From Balanoglossus misakiensis (lineage: Eukaryota; Animalia; Hemichordata), in the NCBI GenBank assembly GCA_040954595.2, contig CM082587.2:7429705-7493704 (forward strand): a stretch of DNA of 64,000 bases. The letters are read 5' to 3'. This document shows, in pieces, positions 1 through 14,395 of the stretch. The notes below the pieces were generated by a model. The model was not told the DNA's origin, searched no databases, and saw only the letters and a list, made by a program, of their open reading frames with translations. Numbering within the stretch: position 1 is the stretch's first letter; every line of letters starts with the position of its first letter. A program made the translations under genes and the position numbers.

Positions 1-3000
1 CTGAACAAGAAAAAACACGGTTCTTTAAGTAGCTGCGGAGGGTTAATTGGATTTGGCGTTGAATACAGATTGCTTATCAAAGAACACACAAAAGCGGTGT
101 CATTCATATGTTCCGTTCTGGTGTGCTGCAATTTTTTGTACGAGACCTCGCATCCCACCACGACGCTGACAACCGTGAATTGGCCATTCTTGCGGGAGGG
201 TATACCCTTATATACCTTTCAGTCGGATTTGTTATTTGGTATCCGGAGAAGAAAGGGCCTCAGGTTTTAAAGCAACCCAGGACGAAAATCCGGCTACTGT
301 TCCGTAATGTCAGCCTAATTATGTTTGTTTGCGTGTTGTTGTTGCACGCAGCGAATTTAAAGTGTCCATTTGTTCATAAGTAAACCGCAGTACACGCGCT
401 TACACTATACCGTTTAATTAACTGTAATGCCGTTTAGAGCAGGGTCGGACTGGGCATTAAAATAGCCCAAGCAACTCGGCGATGTTATGGACATTCCCTG
501 TCCTTCCGAACGTTTCAATTTCAAAATACCTGAAGCACCGAGAACTCTGATATCCAGGGTGTACATGTATTGTGTGCGCGCGACCGAACCCATTTATGTG
601 TGATCGCAAACGTATGCAATCGATATACCGCTACGACGCAGAGATATTACGACCTTAAGACAATCAGACCCTCACCCTTTGAAGTTCATAAACCGACTTA
701 AATTACAAGAATGTTTTTTTTTCTATAAATTCCGGAGCTGGTTATGTGACCGCCGTGAACACTGTCTGGGTGTTTGTTGTGATTTGTGGCGATCTACTCC
801 ACAAAATATTGACTTTGGGTATTGACATGCTGTTAAATAATGCATAAACTATACACAGAAGTCCAACAATACTTTTAAATTCTCCAGCTTGACAAAGAAA
901 AAAACGTGTCGGATTCACGGCTTGAAACTGACGAGTCTGCTGCAGGCGAATGCCTGTGTTGCACCGCTACAAATATCCCGATCGTACCAACCAGAGCAGT
1001 TGTGTTGTCCCACAATTCTGCGTTGGACTTATTTGCATGTATTGCGCGCTGGGAGCGTAACAACTCCGGCGAAACTCCGTTGATTGTCTAACAATGGCCC
1101 AAACATATCGACTTCGAGTATAATGTCGCATGATGTAACCACGCAAGCGACTTACCACTTAAAATATATGTCGCTCCCACCGATCGATACAACCCCTCGG
1201 GGATTTCGAAAATAAAGGTACATGGCTTCAAATGTGGCCCTGCCAATCGACCTTTCCTTTCAAGCAAGTTCGAGCCTACTTCGTTTCGCTGCTTATGTTT
1301 TGACGAAATTCGGGGCATCTGTGATGCAACGCGTGAAATGATATGGTCCGGCCGAGTAATTGACACAGAGACAATCGGGAACGATTCCAAGTTAAATATC
1401 AGAAACCGTTAGAATATAGAGTCGTAAGTTCTATAAATACGACTACAGGTAACGCAGTACGTTAGAACATAAATGCGAAATAAAAAATCATGAACGATGT
1501 TTTTATCCTCTATTAGAGATGTGAACGCACCTGTAGGTATTCTTATTTCACACCGATTCTTATAGAGAGCTAAGAATAGCCACAAACCATGCAACTACAA
1601 ACACCGGTACTGTAAATTGTAAATCTCACCGACATACAATACACATCACTTGCAGGTCGATGGAGTAAACAACCGATGCAGGGCTTCCCATAAAATCTTT
1701 TTTGCTTTCTCCTGTTTTCATAGTCCGTTTCACAATTTATTTTACTCAGTAATCGATCACCATCACTAGGTAGACAATAAAAGAGTGATAACTTTGACGG
1801 TAAATGACTGAAACCGTTCACTCGAACACCTCGGGTAACTGAAAACAACAACTTGTACTGATAAATTCTGACGATGGATCTGTAAGTTTGGCATTTAAGT
1901 TAACAGTGGGATCCAAATGATCACATTGATTTCGTCCATCCAATGGCGAAGCTGTAAAATAACGAGAAAGGCGGCACTAAATGATCCCGAACATAGGACT
2001 TCAACAAGTCGAGAGAAAATTAGGTTACGTCGCATTTTCTAAGTTGTTGTTGACCCCAGGATAGACCAGGCTGTTGACTTTAATCCCTTTATTGGACATT
2101 ATGCGAATGTATATGTCAATTTATAGTGCGAAACGCGCCGAAACGTCACACCGAGAGCCTCAGTTTACGCACCGGCACTTGGCTAATCCATAGAAACCAA
2201 TGTGAGGGTTATAAATTAACTACATTCGATGTGGTCATTTGACATTTTGAGTTCACGCAAACCTTGCTTTGTCATTGAGGGAAAATAAAAAAAGCAAACA
2301 GCGTGCATTTTTAAAATAACAACAGTAAATTATGATGAGGGGATCAACAATATTATGACAATGATAAGGTACGAGAAAGAGGACCATAAATTTTGCAATG
2401 TTTACATGTCTTAATTTACTGATTTGGTGGATATAAACACGGGTTTGATACCTGCATGCACTTAATAGCTAAATTGAACTAGGAGCCCGCCTTGGGCTGT
2501 GTTGCCAGTCGCCAAGCTACATATATATAATGGTTTCCTCTTCTGCGCATTGCATATTGACACTCAACTATAAATTCATATGTCACTTTGAGAGGCACAA
2601 AAAAAGATAAATTCGAAAATTAGGTCGTCATCGATTTGGGGTTTGTGGTGTTTGTTCTTTTTTAATGAAAAGTGAACGGATATGCATCGAAGCAACCGGT
2701 CGTAGCAATGGATTGATGTCCTGTATTGTTACAATCGATCCCCGATTACAAAGTTTCTGTATCTCTCGAGACTTCACGATTATTTAATTATCTAAGAGAG
2801 GGGAGAAGGGGGAGAGGAACGGAATTCCCCAAGCTTTGGAGAGTTTTCAAGTTTGAGTTACATGTATATGCGCTTAGGCTTGAATTTTGCATTAAAAGTC
2901 TACTACATATGAGCTCTTTGTTATATCAAAATAATACACGCTTTATTATATTGCAACTGGATATCATACATTTAATTAACTCCTTTGGCGGTTTTCCGTG

Positions 3001-3238
3001 TGTTGTCTAATCTATAACTGTTTGTTCATAGTTTCATGCACACCCGTACATCGTCTTTTAGGACTGACAAAAAGGTATACTTTCATTGTTGTGTGGGGGC
3101 GCAATTCACCACTGTCGCATCTCTCTGGCTATACTAATCCTAATCATCACGCGCTGGGGTCGCGTGATGTATGTGTGTCACATTGTGTCGATTTTCACGG
3201 TCACTGCCACCGCATTCCACCCTGCTGTGATAAGCAAT

Positions 3239-3252
3239 GTCACCATGGTAAC
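3239..3252. promoter_or_regulatory. Candidate RFX X-box (GTCACCATGGTAAC) upstream of the uncharacterised + strand gene
   Basis: The 14-bp near-palindrome fits the X-box consensus GTHNYY-AT-RRNAAC. It lies ~750 bp upstream of the ATG at 3998. An acceptor at 3969-3970 implies a non-coding first exon further upstream. Confidence 0.5.
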
Positions 3253-3997
3253 GTTTTTTGTTTAGTTCACCCTCCACGAAAACTCACCCGTGCCAGCGTG
3301 AATCACCCCAGCTCACTCACTGTTGCTTTAATACGTTTACCCATTATTATTTTCTTTCAAATGAATGCATGTTCTCACGTGGCGAGAAAGGAATTATGTA
3401 CAGCCATGGTTATTAATGTGGCTTTCTTTCAGAGACGCGGGAAAACATTCGTCGTTTGTGACTTCTGATAATTTTCTCTTGCACGTTTGTGGCACCATAT
3501 GTGTAGTTTTTTTTATGTTGGAACATTAAGTGTAGCATCATGTCTTGAACAGTCTGTGATTATGCATCATTGTTGTTTTACAACGTAATTTTAGTCCGGA
3601 CCTAAATTCAAAGACAACACACCCTGCACATATCATGTCCAATACGCCGGTCAATCACCGGGCGTTATTCCATCATCCATTAGTGTGAATTCATAGTTCT
3701 CCTCACTTTAGTTATAAGAATATCGAATCGAAATCGCAACAAATTCTTTGGAACGGTGGTTCTTGATTTCTTGGCCAAATGAAGGCATGCATTTTCTGTC
3801 GACTCACTGCCACTTATCAATGCATCTCGTGTCTGCCAACAGCATTAACTTTTCAAGTCGTGCGCTTTGTGGTGGCTTTAATGCATCGCCATCTGTGGAA
3901 ATAAAAAAGACACAATTATATTTCCTCTCCGTCCAACAGAAAAGTAACTTCTATTACTGGACATACACAGACTGAGAGTGATCGCGGCCCCTACGAC

Positions 3998-6900
3998 ATG
4001 ACGGCGACCGGCTACAACATCATGACCGTTGATAGGAAGGTAAGTTGGGCTCGTCCGTGGAACTCCGCCAAGCCAGGATCCAGCCGGGTGCAAAGACATA
4101 GGGGACCCACTCCAAACCGTCTGCGACATAGGCCGACTCCGCGAAGCCGCTCTTTTGTCGCCCCTCCGACACTGTGGCAGTACAAAGAGGTTTGGACCTT
4201 AGACAAGAGTTTACCGAGCTGAATTTTCAAAGTCAGAACCTATCTCAGGCTAACGTTTATCATGAATGTGTGCTTATTCACATTTATTCAAAATCCAAAA
4301 AACGCACCGCCGTCACAAACTCGTATTAAAAACACCGGTTCGAGACTTGAGCACGGCCACAGATAATAATACGAATCTACTAAAAATGGTTCACACAACG
4401 TAACCGTCAATTTAACGCACCCATAACTCGAAAGACTGCTAAATCATCGTTTTACCACTGCTAACGGCATGAACGGCACGTTTGAATCCGAATGCACGAG
4501 GTGGCTATAAGTCCAAACTATCAGGTGATATGAACTGCATCGATAATTTGATATCCCGGCACGGCCTGTTTGGTTCAAATTAACTCATGACGCACTCCGA
4601 AATCAACAGTCCTTGAGGTGAAATCTTCAGATTACGTCACTCTGGCAAAGATCTTTGGGGTATAAATGTTTATATTGCACGGGTGTGACGGATTGGCTGG
4701 CACCACGGGGGCGAGAATGTAATTATGACATCGTGATATCAACTGGCATTTTCTTGTGAACTCAATCTGAACCCTAGAGACTTAAGTCTGGGGCTGATTC
4801 TTGCACTACACCTGATCTGGCCATTTTGTGAAGGCGCCACAATCACGGGCACTGCACCCACTCATTCCTGGCGTATTGATTGTTGTTGTTGTTGTTTTTG
4901 TTTATGGGAGGGTGTGTTTTGCATGTGCATGTTTGTTTGTTTGCTCGTTTGTTTGTTTGTTTGTTTGTTTGTCCGCTTGCTTGATTTCCACTTTAGCCTT
5001 TCATTTTAACATAGTTATATTCTAGATTATCTGATACGCACAAACTTGGAAACACAGCAATAGTGAATTTATTATGTTGAGTTCACATTTTTGTTTCATA
5101 TGTGGTTTATTCCTTGAAATCTGTAAAATTTGTATTTGTCTTTTGTTACCCTAACCTTGTCTGTCATTTATTCAATGTAAACTTCAGTAGAACTCTATCC
5201 ACACCGCATTCTCTTGATAACACACAAGACCTTGATAATATTAACAATTAATTTGACCACTGACCAGAAATCTGTTTAATTTTACCTGTCTGACAATCCT
5301 ACCTTCAACTTTTCCCACATCCTACTCAACCCGATTTGTGTTTGTCACGTGACAATCCTGTCAAAAACCAGATTCAGCATATTTTATGTCACTTGTGTGG
5401 TGTATATGTCATCTGTGATTATTCCTACCGTAACAGTAAAATAATATGTCATCCCTTTCCATCCCTAAAGAAATCATAGTCACTTTCTTGTGTATTAGCA
5501 CTGGTCAATACATTTTGCGAAAAGGGAGAGACCATTATCGATGATGGCCTCTCTAGACCATTTCTTTGTACGGTGACAGGAACAGAGAACGCCGCCATTG
5601 GACAGGACCACCGCCGATGCGCCGACACGACCAAAATCCCAGGGTAACCCGCTACCCATTGCCGTTGGAGTGAAGGTACAGCAGGCACCCAGGGCGCAGA
5701 GTGCGCGTCCGTACCAGAGACCACACACAGCCGCGAGCGTATCAACCAGCAGTCGACCCTTGACCAGACAGAAAACCTGGTCAGCCTCCAGCTCAACTGC
5801 CAGCAACAGAGACTTCCAGCAGCGGAGGGTAGACCTCGGCGGTGGCCACGCACCTTCCATATGCGAAGGGGTACTGAAACAACATTCCACATCCAAGCGA
5901 TTGGTGGGGGCATACGGTCCATTCCAAGCTCTATAGTCGTAATGCATGCATAGGTCTGCGCGCAATATAAATACCTCTTTACCCATACTCCCCTGCACGT
6001 TGCATGAAAACATAAGCATAAGCACTGCACGCTTTCTTCCTCTGTTCTTACATTAACAAATAATAACACGCGATCTTCTCTGTAGCGATAGGTTTCCGAT
6101 GATTACTTGCATGTGACATGATTTGCATGTTTTTTTTTTCAATTGTCATGTATCTTAATGTTCCGTGGCTACTTCATGCATGTCAGTTTTACACAAGTAG
6201 AGACGTTGGCGCGTGTAATGCCAACCAAACTACACTAGACTCACAGTGCATGCAAATTTCGACCAAAAAATCTGTCTACACCCTCTCACGTACATTATAT
6301 TCACCGACTAAGGAACCCTTCCTGTAAAGTCTATACGTGTAAAACGTCACTGTTCACCTGTAGTATATATAGTGATCACTTGTTATGACTGGTTAGTGAA
6401 CCCAGAAGAATTAACCAGAAATTCGTCCCTACAGATGTGGTTTGACACCACCACTGGGAAGGCCTATATGAGCTTGTCGACACGATATGTACCTGCTAGG
6501 AAATGGTAGACCATGGAGACAGAGTAACCTGTATACTACCGTGAGTTCAATGACACCAGAGTTTCGAGCACCGGCTAGGTAGATCCCCATCCGCACCCGT
6601 TTGAATTATGTTTTACACCCTTGAGACATCCGATCGAAACAGGCGAACGTATATTTCTGTTTCCTTACATGCCGAGCACTAACTTGTTACCTAATTGCCA
6701 TCGCAGCTGTAACTCTGCAAGGCGGAGGCCTTAGCACTCAAAATGCGGTGTAAACTGCTGACGCGTGAGTCGAAAATGTTCAAAATAGACCACTGAGTGC
6801 ACCGAACTCGTGGCGGCCATCTTGTTCGATAGTGGCAGCCATCTTGTTCGGTGTACAAAAAACATGGCTTCCATTTTGACTGGGGAAATACATTCTTTGA

Positions 6901-8009
6901 TCCACTCAGGCGAGTTGAAAGGGAGATACTTTTGGGACTTTTGGTATACGTATTATGTTATTAACTGTTACAGCTGTGTTGGCGATAAGCAAGTATTGCA
7001 TGCGTTTCAATAGCATGTTTTGCATCTTGATATGATTTTAGGGCGCATGCTCATATCTGCCTGCTTGTGTGTTTGAAAAAAATGCTGAGTTTGAACTAAT
7101 ACATTGTTTGTTGCTGAAAATTTGCATGTTGATTTTTAACAGTCCATTCTCATATTGGGTTTGTTTAAGAAGTTTTTGTTCATGTTTCTACCTAAGGTAG
7201 ACATGCAATTGCGCTGGCAAAATCCCATCTTCATCATGTTTCCGTACGAGCACTTCACAGCTGATATTGAAACAACGAAACTTCAAACATCAGTGTCAAC
7301 AATCCAGTGAAAAACCAGCTCTTTCAAAGAAAGCCGCTCATGTTTCTTGTTCTGGCCATTTTTTGATCAACAGACTTTTTTGGAGCATTTGGAGAAGTAC
7401 ACGTACCATCAGCGGTGTCTGCGTGCCGCGGAGGAGGACGCTTCGGACACGCTCCGCCCTCCGTCCAGGTTCACGCCCGTGCCCTTGGTGCGACCGTCCA
7501 GCATCAAGAAAGTCCTGCCGCAGCACTCGGACGTCCTCAGCCGGTCGCAGGAGTTGGAGATCTTGCGCGTGGCCCAGGGCAGGTCCAAGCCGCTGCGACT
7601 GGAAGACCCCAACCCGTACGACATGTGGGAGGCGGACCGCCAGAGAACCGAGGAGCGGGCGCGAGACCGGCAGGAGAGCCGAGGCAGGCGGTACAAGAAG
7701 ACGCTCGTGCCGGACGTCAAGGGACTGAGCCGGGTGTTCTGCGCCAAGGGAGGCGGCTGGAAGACGTACGCCAACGGGCGGGAAAACAAGTGTCGGCCGG
7801 AGGTGTCTATCGTTCCCCCCGAGCGCTGGCAGATGAGCTCGGAACACCTGAGACTGTCCGAGCTCTTCTGCGAGACGAACACGGACCAGGTTCAGGAGCG
7901 GTGGGAGCAGAGCCTGAACCAGATGAATCCTCACCACAAAGTTCGACGGAGACCGAAGAAGTCGCCCGATGAGGCCTTGGAAAGCATTTGTGAATATGAG
8001 TGGACATAA
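3998..8009 (+). CDS. Uncharacterised 322-aa, low-complexity, Arg/Pro/Ser-rich protein (3 coding exons)
   Basis: Exons 3998-4039 (MTATGYNIMTVDRK|GTAAGT), 5580-5870 (EQRTPPLDR...ICEG|GTACTG) and 7374-8009 (TFLEHLEKY...EYEWT*). All introns are GT-AG, phase 0, total 969 nt. Exons are much more GC-rich than the flanks. No recognisable domain. Confidence 0.7.
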
Positions 8010-8770
8010 AATCACGCGAAATCCACAGATTAGGCGAAGCTTTATCAATATGGCCCCTGCATATCATTGCTATCACCAGGTAAAGGGGCGCCATACATTC
8101 TGCATAGCAGCGATTTTGAATAGAGCATGCGCAACATTTTTGAAAATGTGTAAGACTTTTTTTAGTTATGGTCGTTGCGGGCAGTAATACTCTGTGAAAC
8201 GAATGTTGACAGAAGGGTCTATGGCTGAAGGCAGAGCGTCCTCAACACAACCACTGAACATGCCGATTCTTACCAAAGCTATCCGATTTGACTGAGTGAG
8301 CCTTCATGTTAGTATAACAGTCAAGACTGATGGAGTGCGGTAAATTTTGAATTGTATAAAATTTATTCCGAAAAGTGAACTATTTTCCAAAGTCCTTGGA
8401 CCCTTACAGTTGTAAAGTATGCGAGTAAGTTTTCTGTGTGTTCAAAGGGTTCTTTACTCCATATTTTTGTTTTATCATTACGTATTTTTTATTGTATAGA
8501 AATAAACGGTTTTGTTTTCAAAGAAATGCGCAGACTGTTCGCATGTGCTATCGAACCTCGGCCATTGGGGGAAATATATGATTACGTTTTCTTGTTGAAG
8601 GTTAAGATAGTAAAAAGCAAATAAGAAATCGTCCAACTACGTAACATGCTACTACTTATGGTCGCCTTCTACATGAGAGCACACAGTAAACAGGGGCCTG
8701 TGTGCGGCATCATTTTAAGGCTTGACTTTTGTTAAAAGAAACTCAAATCTGTGCTCGCAAAATTCATCTG

Positions 8771-11700
8771 CTAATAATGGTACGTTGCTGTAACTCTCTG
8801 GTTAAGATATTCACCACTCGCGATGGGCGGGTATTTCTCGCTGTTGTCGACGCACCTCACGATGTAAGCGTTATCCGGATTGCAGAAAAAGGCCATGGAT
8901 TGTCGACCAGAGCATTTGGCTTCCGCTGTTTTTGGCATGACAACCCGGTGCACCTGGAGAAGAAAGTATCATATTTCAACCGAACTATCAAATTGAAACT
9001 GGTTGATTCTCAAAAAATCACTATGATAGTATAGGTAGTGCTTGCATACACAAATATTATTGGAAGTTGACCAAGAAACGATTTCACCCAGGAGTACTGC
9101 TTGTACACCTCAATGTCAACTAAGGCTTGAAATGAAACGTAGCCACGCCGTATAGAAAGATGTTTGCTTTCCATGAGAATAACACATTTATTTTTAAAAG
9201 ATTTATAATGACACTGACAATCATCCGGGTTTGATTTCTGCCCACACTTTCTACTCACGTTTGAAACCAATTGATCTGATGTCCACCTCTGCATCAAATC
9301 ACCGATGTTCACAACTATCGTCCCTTCCATCGGCACCGCTGGAACAAACTCGCCTTTTCTTGTTTCGACCTGAGAGCGAATCGACGCAGGGCAAAATAAA
9401 AACGACAGTGAATAATCCATGGGAATCAAACAGATATGGTTTTCAGACTCAAGTTTTGCCGGTGACGTTAGAGATGTGCAATTAATTACAAACAAATTTA
9501 AATTTCTGTGATTTGCACCGAATATTCAGAATTTACCTGTGTTACCCCAGAGATCTGTTCAGAGCCCCTATCATGGATCGGGGTGTCTGTACCACACTGA
9601 GTCTACGTTCTAAGGTTAGTCATGTAATCAAGGGATATCGATGTTCAAATACTAACTGGACCTTTAACTTAAAGGTCGACGATCGTCTTATGCGCAGGTG
9701 GTCTGCATGTCTGCATGATGTTAGGACAGCACATTGCCTTATGGCATTGACTGTATACATTTTTTCGTAACCGAAGTAGCTGGTTTGGCACATGCGCATA
9801 CTCCGATCGTCGCCCTATAATATCGAATTTTCACGTTATTTATGCATTATGTTGTTATTTGTATGCGTCATTTCACTCCTTACCCACACGATGACCTTCT
9901 TTGATATACACTACAACAAGCAAAGGGCCCAAACTTGCAGACATACCAACCTGAGGACAATATACCTTAACCCATCGCAGTGTTCAAGTGCATTTCATGC
10001 AATACCTCCAGACCGCCTTCATTGTCTTGGATGAGGAGTGTAATCGAGCCGTAATCGGAGTGTTCACCACATCGGAGCTGACCAGTTCTGATGTCTGCAT
10101 CTTCTGCAATAGGTGGGTAATACAAGGACCGCAAAGTGGTGTTGCTGTGTTCGCTCCCAATGCCTGTGTGAGCCTCCACAAACACATACGGGTCCTGATA
10201 GCAGATTTAGAATTAATATGACCAGACGTTAGTAATTTCTGCTTTTGATAAGCCACGCACTATATTCATGTCCATACACGCGTAAAGAGGGCCTCTCCAT
10301 GCTTTAGAACAGGCAGATACTAAACGTTGAGGCAGTCTATAAACCAGTAGGCAAATTCGTACCTCTAAACTGAGACCTCTCCCAATCACTTCTAAGACGC
10401 GATTGGACAGCTGTGTGCACTTGCCAAAGAGAGTCGACAAACTCACTTTGAATTCTGGTAATTCATCGTCGGGCATCTACGGAAACAGTGGAAGAAAGAA
10501 TGGAGATAGGTAATACCAGTCATCCTGATGTGATGTGATGTGATGTGTACAGGTAGAGGTTATAAATAGAGTACCAGTGGAAGGGTATATGAAAATATAA
10601 TCTTAGGGTATAGGGTTATAAGGTTAGTAAGGTTATATATAACACCTTTGCAACGATATCTGCTGTACGTTATATTTGTTGTACTTATCTTATTTTAGAG
10701 TCGCTTCTATAGAGTGATCGCATTGGCAAGCAGAGCAAGAATATAGAATAAATCAAAGTAGTGTTCATCATACTGTAACGGAAATTATGTCGGACTGAGG
10801 TCCCGAAAATCGTCAAGCCTTAGTGAATGACGAACCTTGGACCGTACAGCCAACTAAACGGTAGCGTAAACGTAGCACAATTGAGCCTTGACGGCGTAGA
10901 CCGGTCCGTTACAAGTCGATGCAGCAAAAGAACGAGCGCTATGCGAATCTCTATCAGCTCGCCCTATGGTCGATATACGGCTTTGAGCCGTTGACGTCGG
11001 TGTGTTGCAACTCGCAGTAACAGAGGGGGTGAACGCACTGCGTATGCCTCGCCCTGGAGAAAATGAAGTTGACTCTCTCGATCCTGAATTGTGCACTTCA
11101 TTTCTCACTTCACCATCAGGTGACATAAGTGGTGGCAAATCCATAAAATCCTCGGATTGATGTACATTTGACGCCTCAACAGACCGACCTGGAGTTTTAT
11201 CAACTCCTGTTTGTTCACCTTGTGGGAAACTGATTTCATTGTCGACGAATTTCTCCATTGTACTACAGTGCACGTGCGAGGTACGCTAGACGAAAAAAAA
11301 TCGATAACGCTATTCAACAATATAGCAACAATGTATGAGAACAATAGAAGCAACACCCAAGGAATGTCTGCAGCTGCGAAACGCAGACTGAACGAACAAG
11401 CAGCACAAATCTTATCCCACCGCTGCCACCAATGTAACGGAAATTATGTCGGACTGAGGTCCCGAAAATCGTCAAGCCTTAGTGAATGACGAACCTTGGA
11501 CCGTACAGCCAACTAAACAGTAGCGTAAACGTAGCACGATCGAGCCTTGACGGCGTAGACCGGTCCGTTACAAGTCCTGGTTCGATTTACCTTGCGCACG
11601 GCAGAACGTGCGCTAAGAGATGTGCTGGAAAAATGCAGTATAAACTGCTAACCGACCGACCCGACCGTTACGCTCGCACAAATACCAAGAAAAGCTAAGG

Positions 11701-13236
11701 AATTACGATCTGTAGACAACTAGACCTCTCAGAGGTTACAGAAAAGCTGTTCCAACAAACGTGGAGAAGGGTTTGAACGAAAATATAAGAAAGATAGAGG
11801 TAAAGTACGTATTCAGATCACTACACTCGAGAGCACGATGCTCACAGTTCCACCGCCATGTCTCGTCTGCTTTTGGATGTCGAGGGGAGTCAGTATACAT
11901 GCCACAAGCCCACGTGATACAAGCTCCGCCCCAATCGTGGGAAATTGACAGTTTCTCCTGCTATAGGGTTTCTCAGTCTGAGAATCAGGAAAAAGTCGCA
12001 TTTCTTGAGATACGAGTCTGTAGTGTGCGGCGTTGACCTAGCAATCTGTGACAATACATTTGTAGAAAACAAAACGTCCTCAAAAAACAACGTGATTTTT
12101 GAGGAGTGGTACGCCGGTAACCCTGACTTTTTGCCTTGGGGAGAAGTTTTAATTTCAGATCATTTTGTTTTTATTTTTTGTTTAGCAAATTAAGATTACA
12201 TGCACATATCTAAAATGTGCAAAAATGTCATCCTTACCTTTAATATCCGCCCAGGGGCATAATCAAAACACTCCTTGAGATCGACTGGTCTTCTTGGATT
12301 CAATCTGTAAAATTTTCAATAAACAACCTACTGATTCAGTATATCTGTGCACATTTTACTTTCCTCCTGGAAAATCATACAAGGAGCTCGGCCGGATGAG
12401 ATGAACAACATCGCCACTTACTGTTCCCGTTCACTTCCGTATCCATGGTGACTTGATCCTCGGTCATATTTTCTCTTAGTGGCCGTGGAAAGTTCGAAGA
12501 ATCTTCTGGATTGTGAAAAGGCATTGTCAATCTGCAAGGCGAATATTTAGGGAATGTGAAGAAAACAGACCACAAGAAGCAACAATCGGTCGTTTCTTGC
12601 ACCACTTTCTAACCAAGGAAAAGTTTAGTAGAGAAGGGTTTAAGTATTGAATTATTGTTTGGGGGTTTTGAATGGTTACAAAATGGCTTCCCCACAGTGC
12701 AGATGCAGGGTTGGGGAAGGTTTATTAACACTCAATAGGGCCACTTCAGTACTTGTAAGTCTTCCTCGCGTAATGCTGTGGTGGTCGTTGGCTATAGGAA
12801 GGATATCTTGTGTACCCGAGAAGCTATAAGCTTATTTATTTAGAACATTTGTGGGAAAGGCTGAACATTTTAGGTCGTGTTCACTATAGTTTACCTATGC
12901 ATGCAAGCGATAGTGGACAGCGCCCTCACACACCTTTCATTATCTGGGTCAGGACTGTCCTCACCATTGATGGGAAGTCTTTCTGAGGGGTTCTCCTGAT
13001 CGGGACCGCAGATCGACTCTTTTTCTGACCCATGCGTTCTTCCCATACACGTAGGGGCTACTTTCAAGACCTACCTCGGCTGATGGTATTCCGTGATTGA
13101 ACAGGTACATGAATCCGACTGATGTTAGAGCGTCGCGAACGCTTACGATCAGATCATTGAAATTCTCCCTGTCTAAACCGTACGCGGCAAAGTCTACCAC
13201 GGGTATCGCGCTCCCCGTTACGTCGCTGCTTGTCAT
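8771..13236 (-). CDS. 2-oxoglutarate/Fe(II)-dependent dioxygenase (DIOX_N + 2OG-FeII_Oxy; IPNS/ACC-oxidase-like family), 311 aa, 7 exons
   Basis: Exons 13236-13075, 12531-12422, 12304-12238, 10476-10363, 10194-10006, 9369-9259, 8953-8771; phases consistent, 936 nt. Motifs: IPVVDF, GFMYLFNHGI, DLKECFD, LRSLYYP, H-S-D (GEHSDYGSITLL), VVNIGDLMQRWT, distal His (VHRV) and RxS (RQS). Confidence 0.95.
10774..11572 (-). mobile_element. TRIM-like non-autonomous LTR retroelement in dioxygenase intron 3
   Basis: Two 140-bp direct repeats (10774-10913, 11433-11572; 3 mismatches) with TGTAACGGA...TCCGTTACA ends. An 18-nt PBS at 11414-11431 matches the tRNA-Leu 3' end plus CCA (ATCCCACCGCTGCCACCA). No PPT or TSD evident. 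Confidence 0.85.
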
Positions 13237-14395
13237 GGCTGTTCACTCGTCGGGGCACTGGGTCGCAAGTTACACTGGGTGTGTGATGAAGCGAAATCCG
13301 ACACGATAATAGGCAGCAGATGGCCTCGTAATTTGACCTACGACAGATCACTTCCTGTTCGGTCAGCGCATAATGTTCGGGTTCTACTTCTGAAGTGAAA
13401 GCGCTTCCGAAAAAAAACCAGGAATGTATCAAACAATTTTACCTGCACCTTGAATGGAAAGACGTGTAGCAAACTATCGGACAACTGGCATTGAAGCGAG
13501 AATCTTGCACGCTGAAAGCTTCATATAGTTTTAGGTAAAATGCGCCAATAACCACAATTGTTCGAGACTTTTGCTGCCTATGTTTAAATCTCTAAGGCCA
13601 AAAATATCACAAGCATAAAGTCGCGAATGCATTCTTCCCAGAATCCCTTGCGTCAGCTTTTTACGATCACTCCAAAACCGTACATACATAAAAATATAAT
13701 CTAGCAAGCAATCTGCAGAACATCGCCTATACAACACAAACTGCATGTAGTCTATCTATACCGATGTTTTAAACCTGGTGTCTTCCTAACCACACTGTCG
13801 TACTATATGGCCTATTACATACAACACTTTGAAAGTAAAACTGGTATTTTGACCGTTACCTTGCACGGACGGGCTAAAAGAATTGATGCATTTGTGCAAA
13901 AGCACATGTACTCGGCTAGAATATACACCACAATAATAAAACATGTATAAACTTTAAAAATAGTGCACTGCTTTATCTTTATTTCATTGAGGGAATGTCG
14001 TAAAATGCATTAAAGTCGTCTATTGGAGACGAGAATGGTACAAACATATGCTGTTAACCTCGCTTGATCGCCATCAATCGAAACTCGTTTACGAGACGCG
14101 TGGCAGTTTAGGAATATGCCATTTTGTGTGAAAAAGACAGTAATGTTTATCGAAAAATAAGTTTATATCTCCTCTAATATTTATATCGGCAGCATGCAAG
14201 TAATTACCATAAAGTGGTATACAGTCAAACCCCAGTTAGTGTTACCATTACATGTGTACATCTTTCAGTTTATAACTAATATAAGTAGCTATGAAAATTG
14301 GCAATAATGTCGACTTTAAGACGTAGCATAATATCAATACAATTTGTATGCTCATCGCGTTATTCATGTCTTCTTGGTGTCACAAAGGTTTAAAA

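Noticed and set aside
1-1900. Short ORFs at the window start
   Set aside because: No recognisable motifs and no consistent splice model on either strand.
5449-8094. Long antisense and alternative-frame ORFs (206, 176, 236, 157, 185 aa)
   Set aside because: Shadows of the GC-rich + strand exons; only the + model splices in frame.
11414-11431. tRNA-Leu gene
   Set aside because: Only the 3' 18 nt including CCA match, next to an LTR. This is a primer-binding site, not a tRNA.
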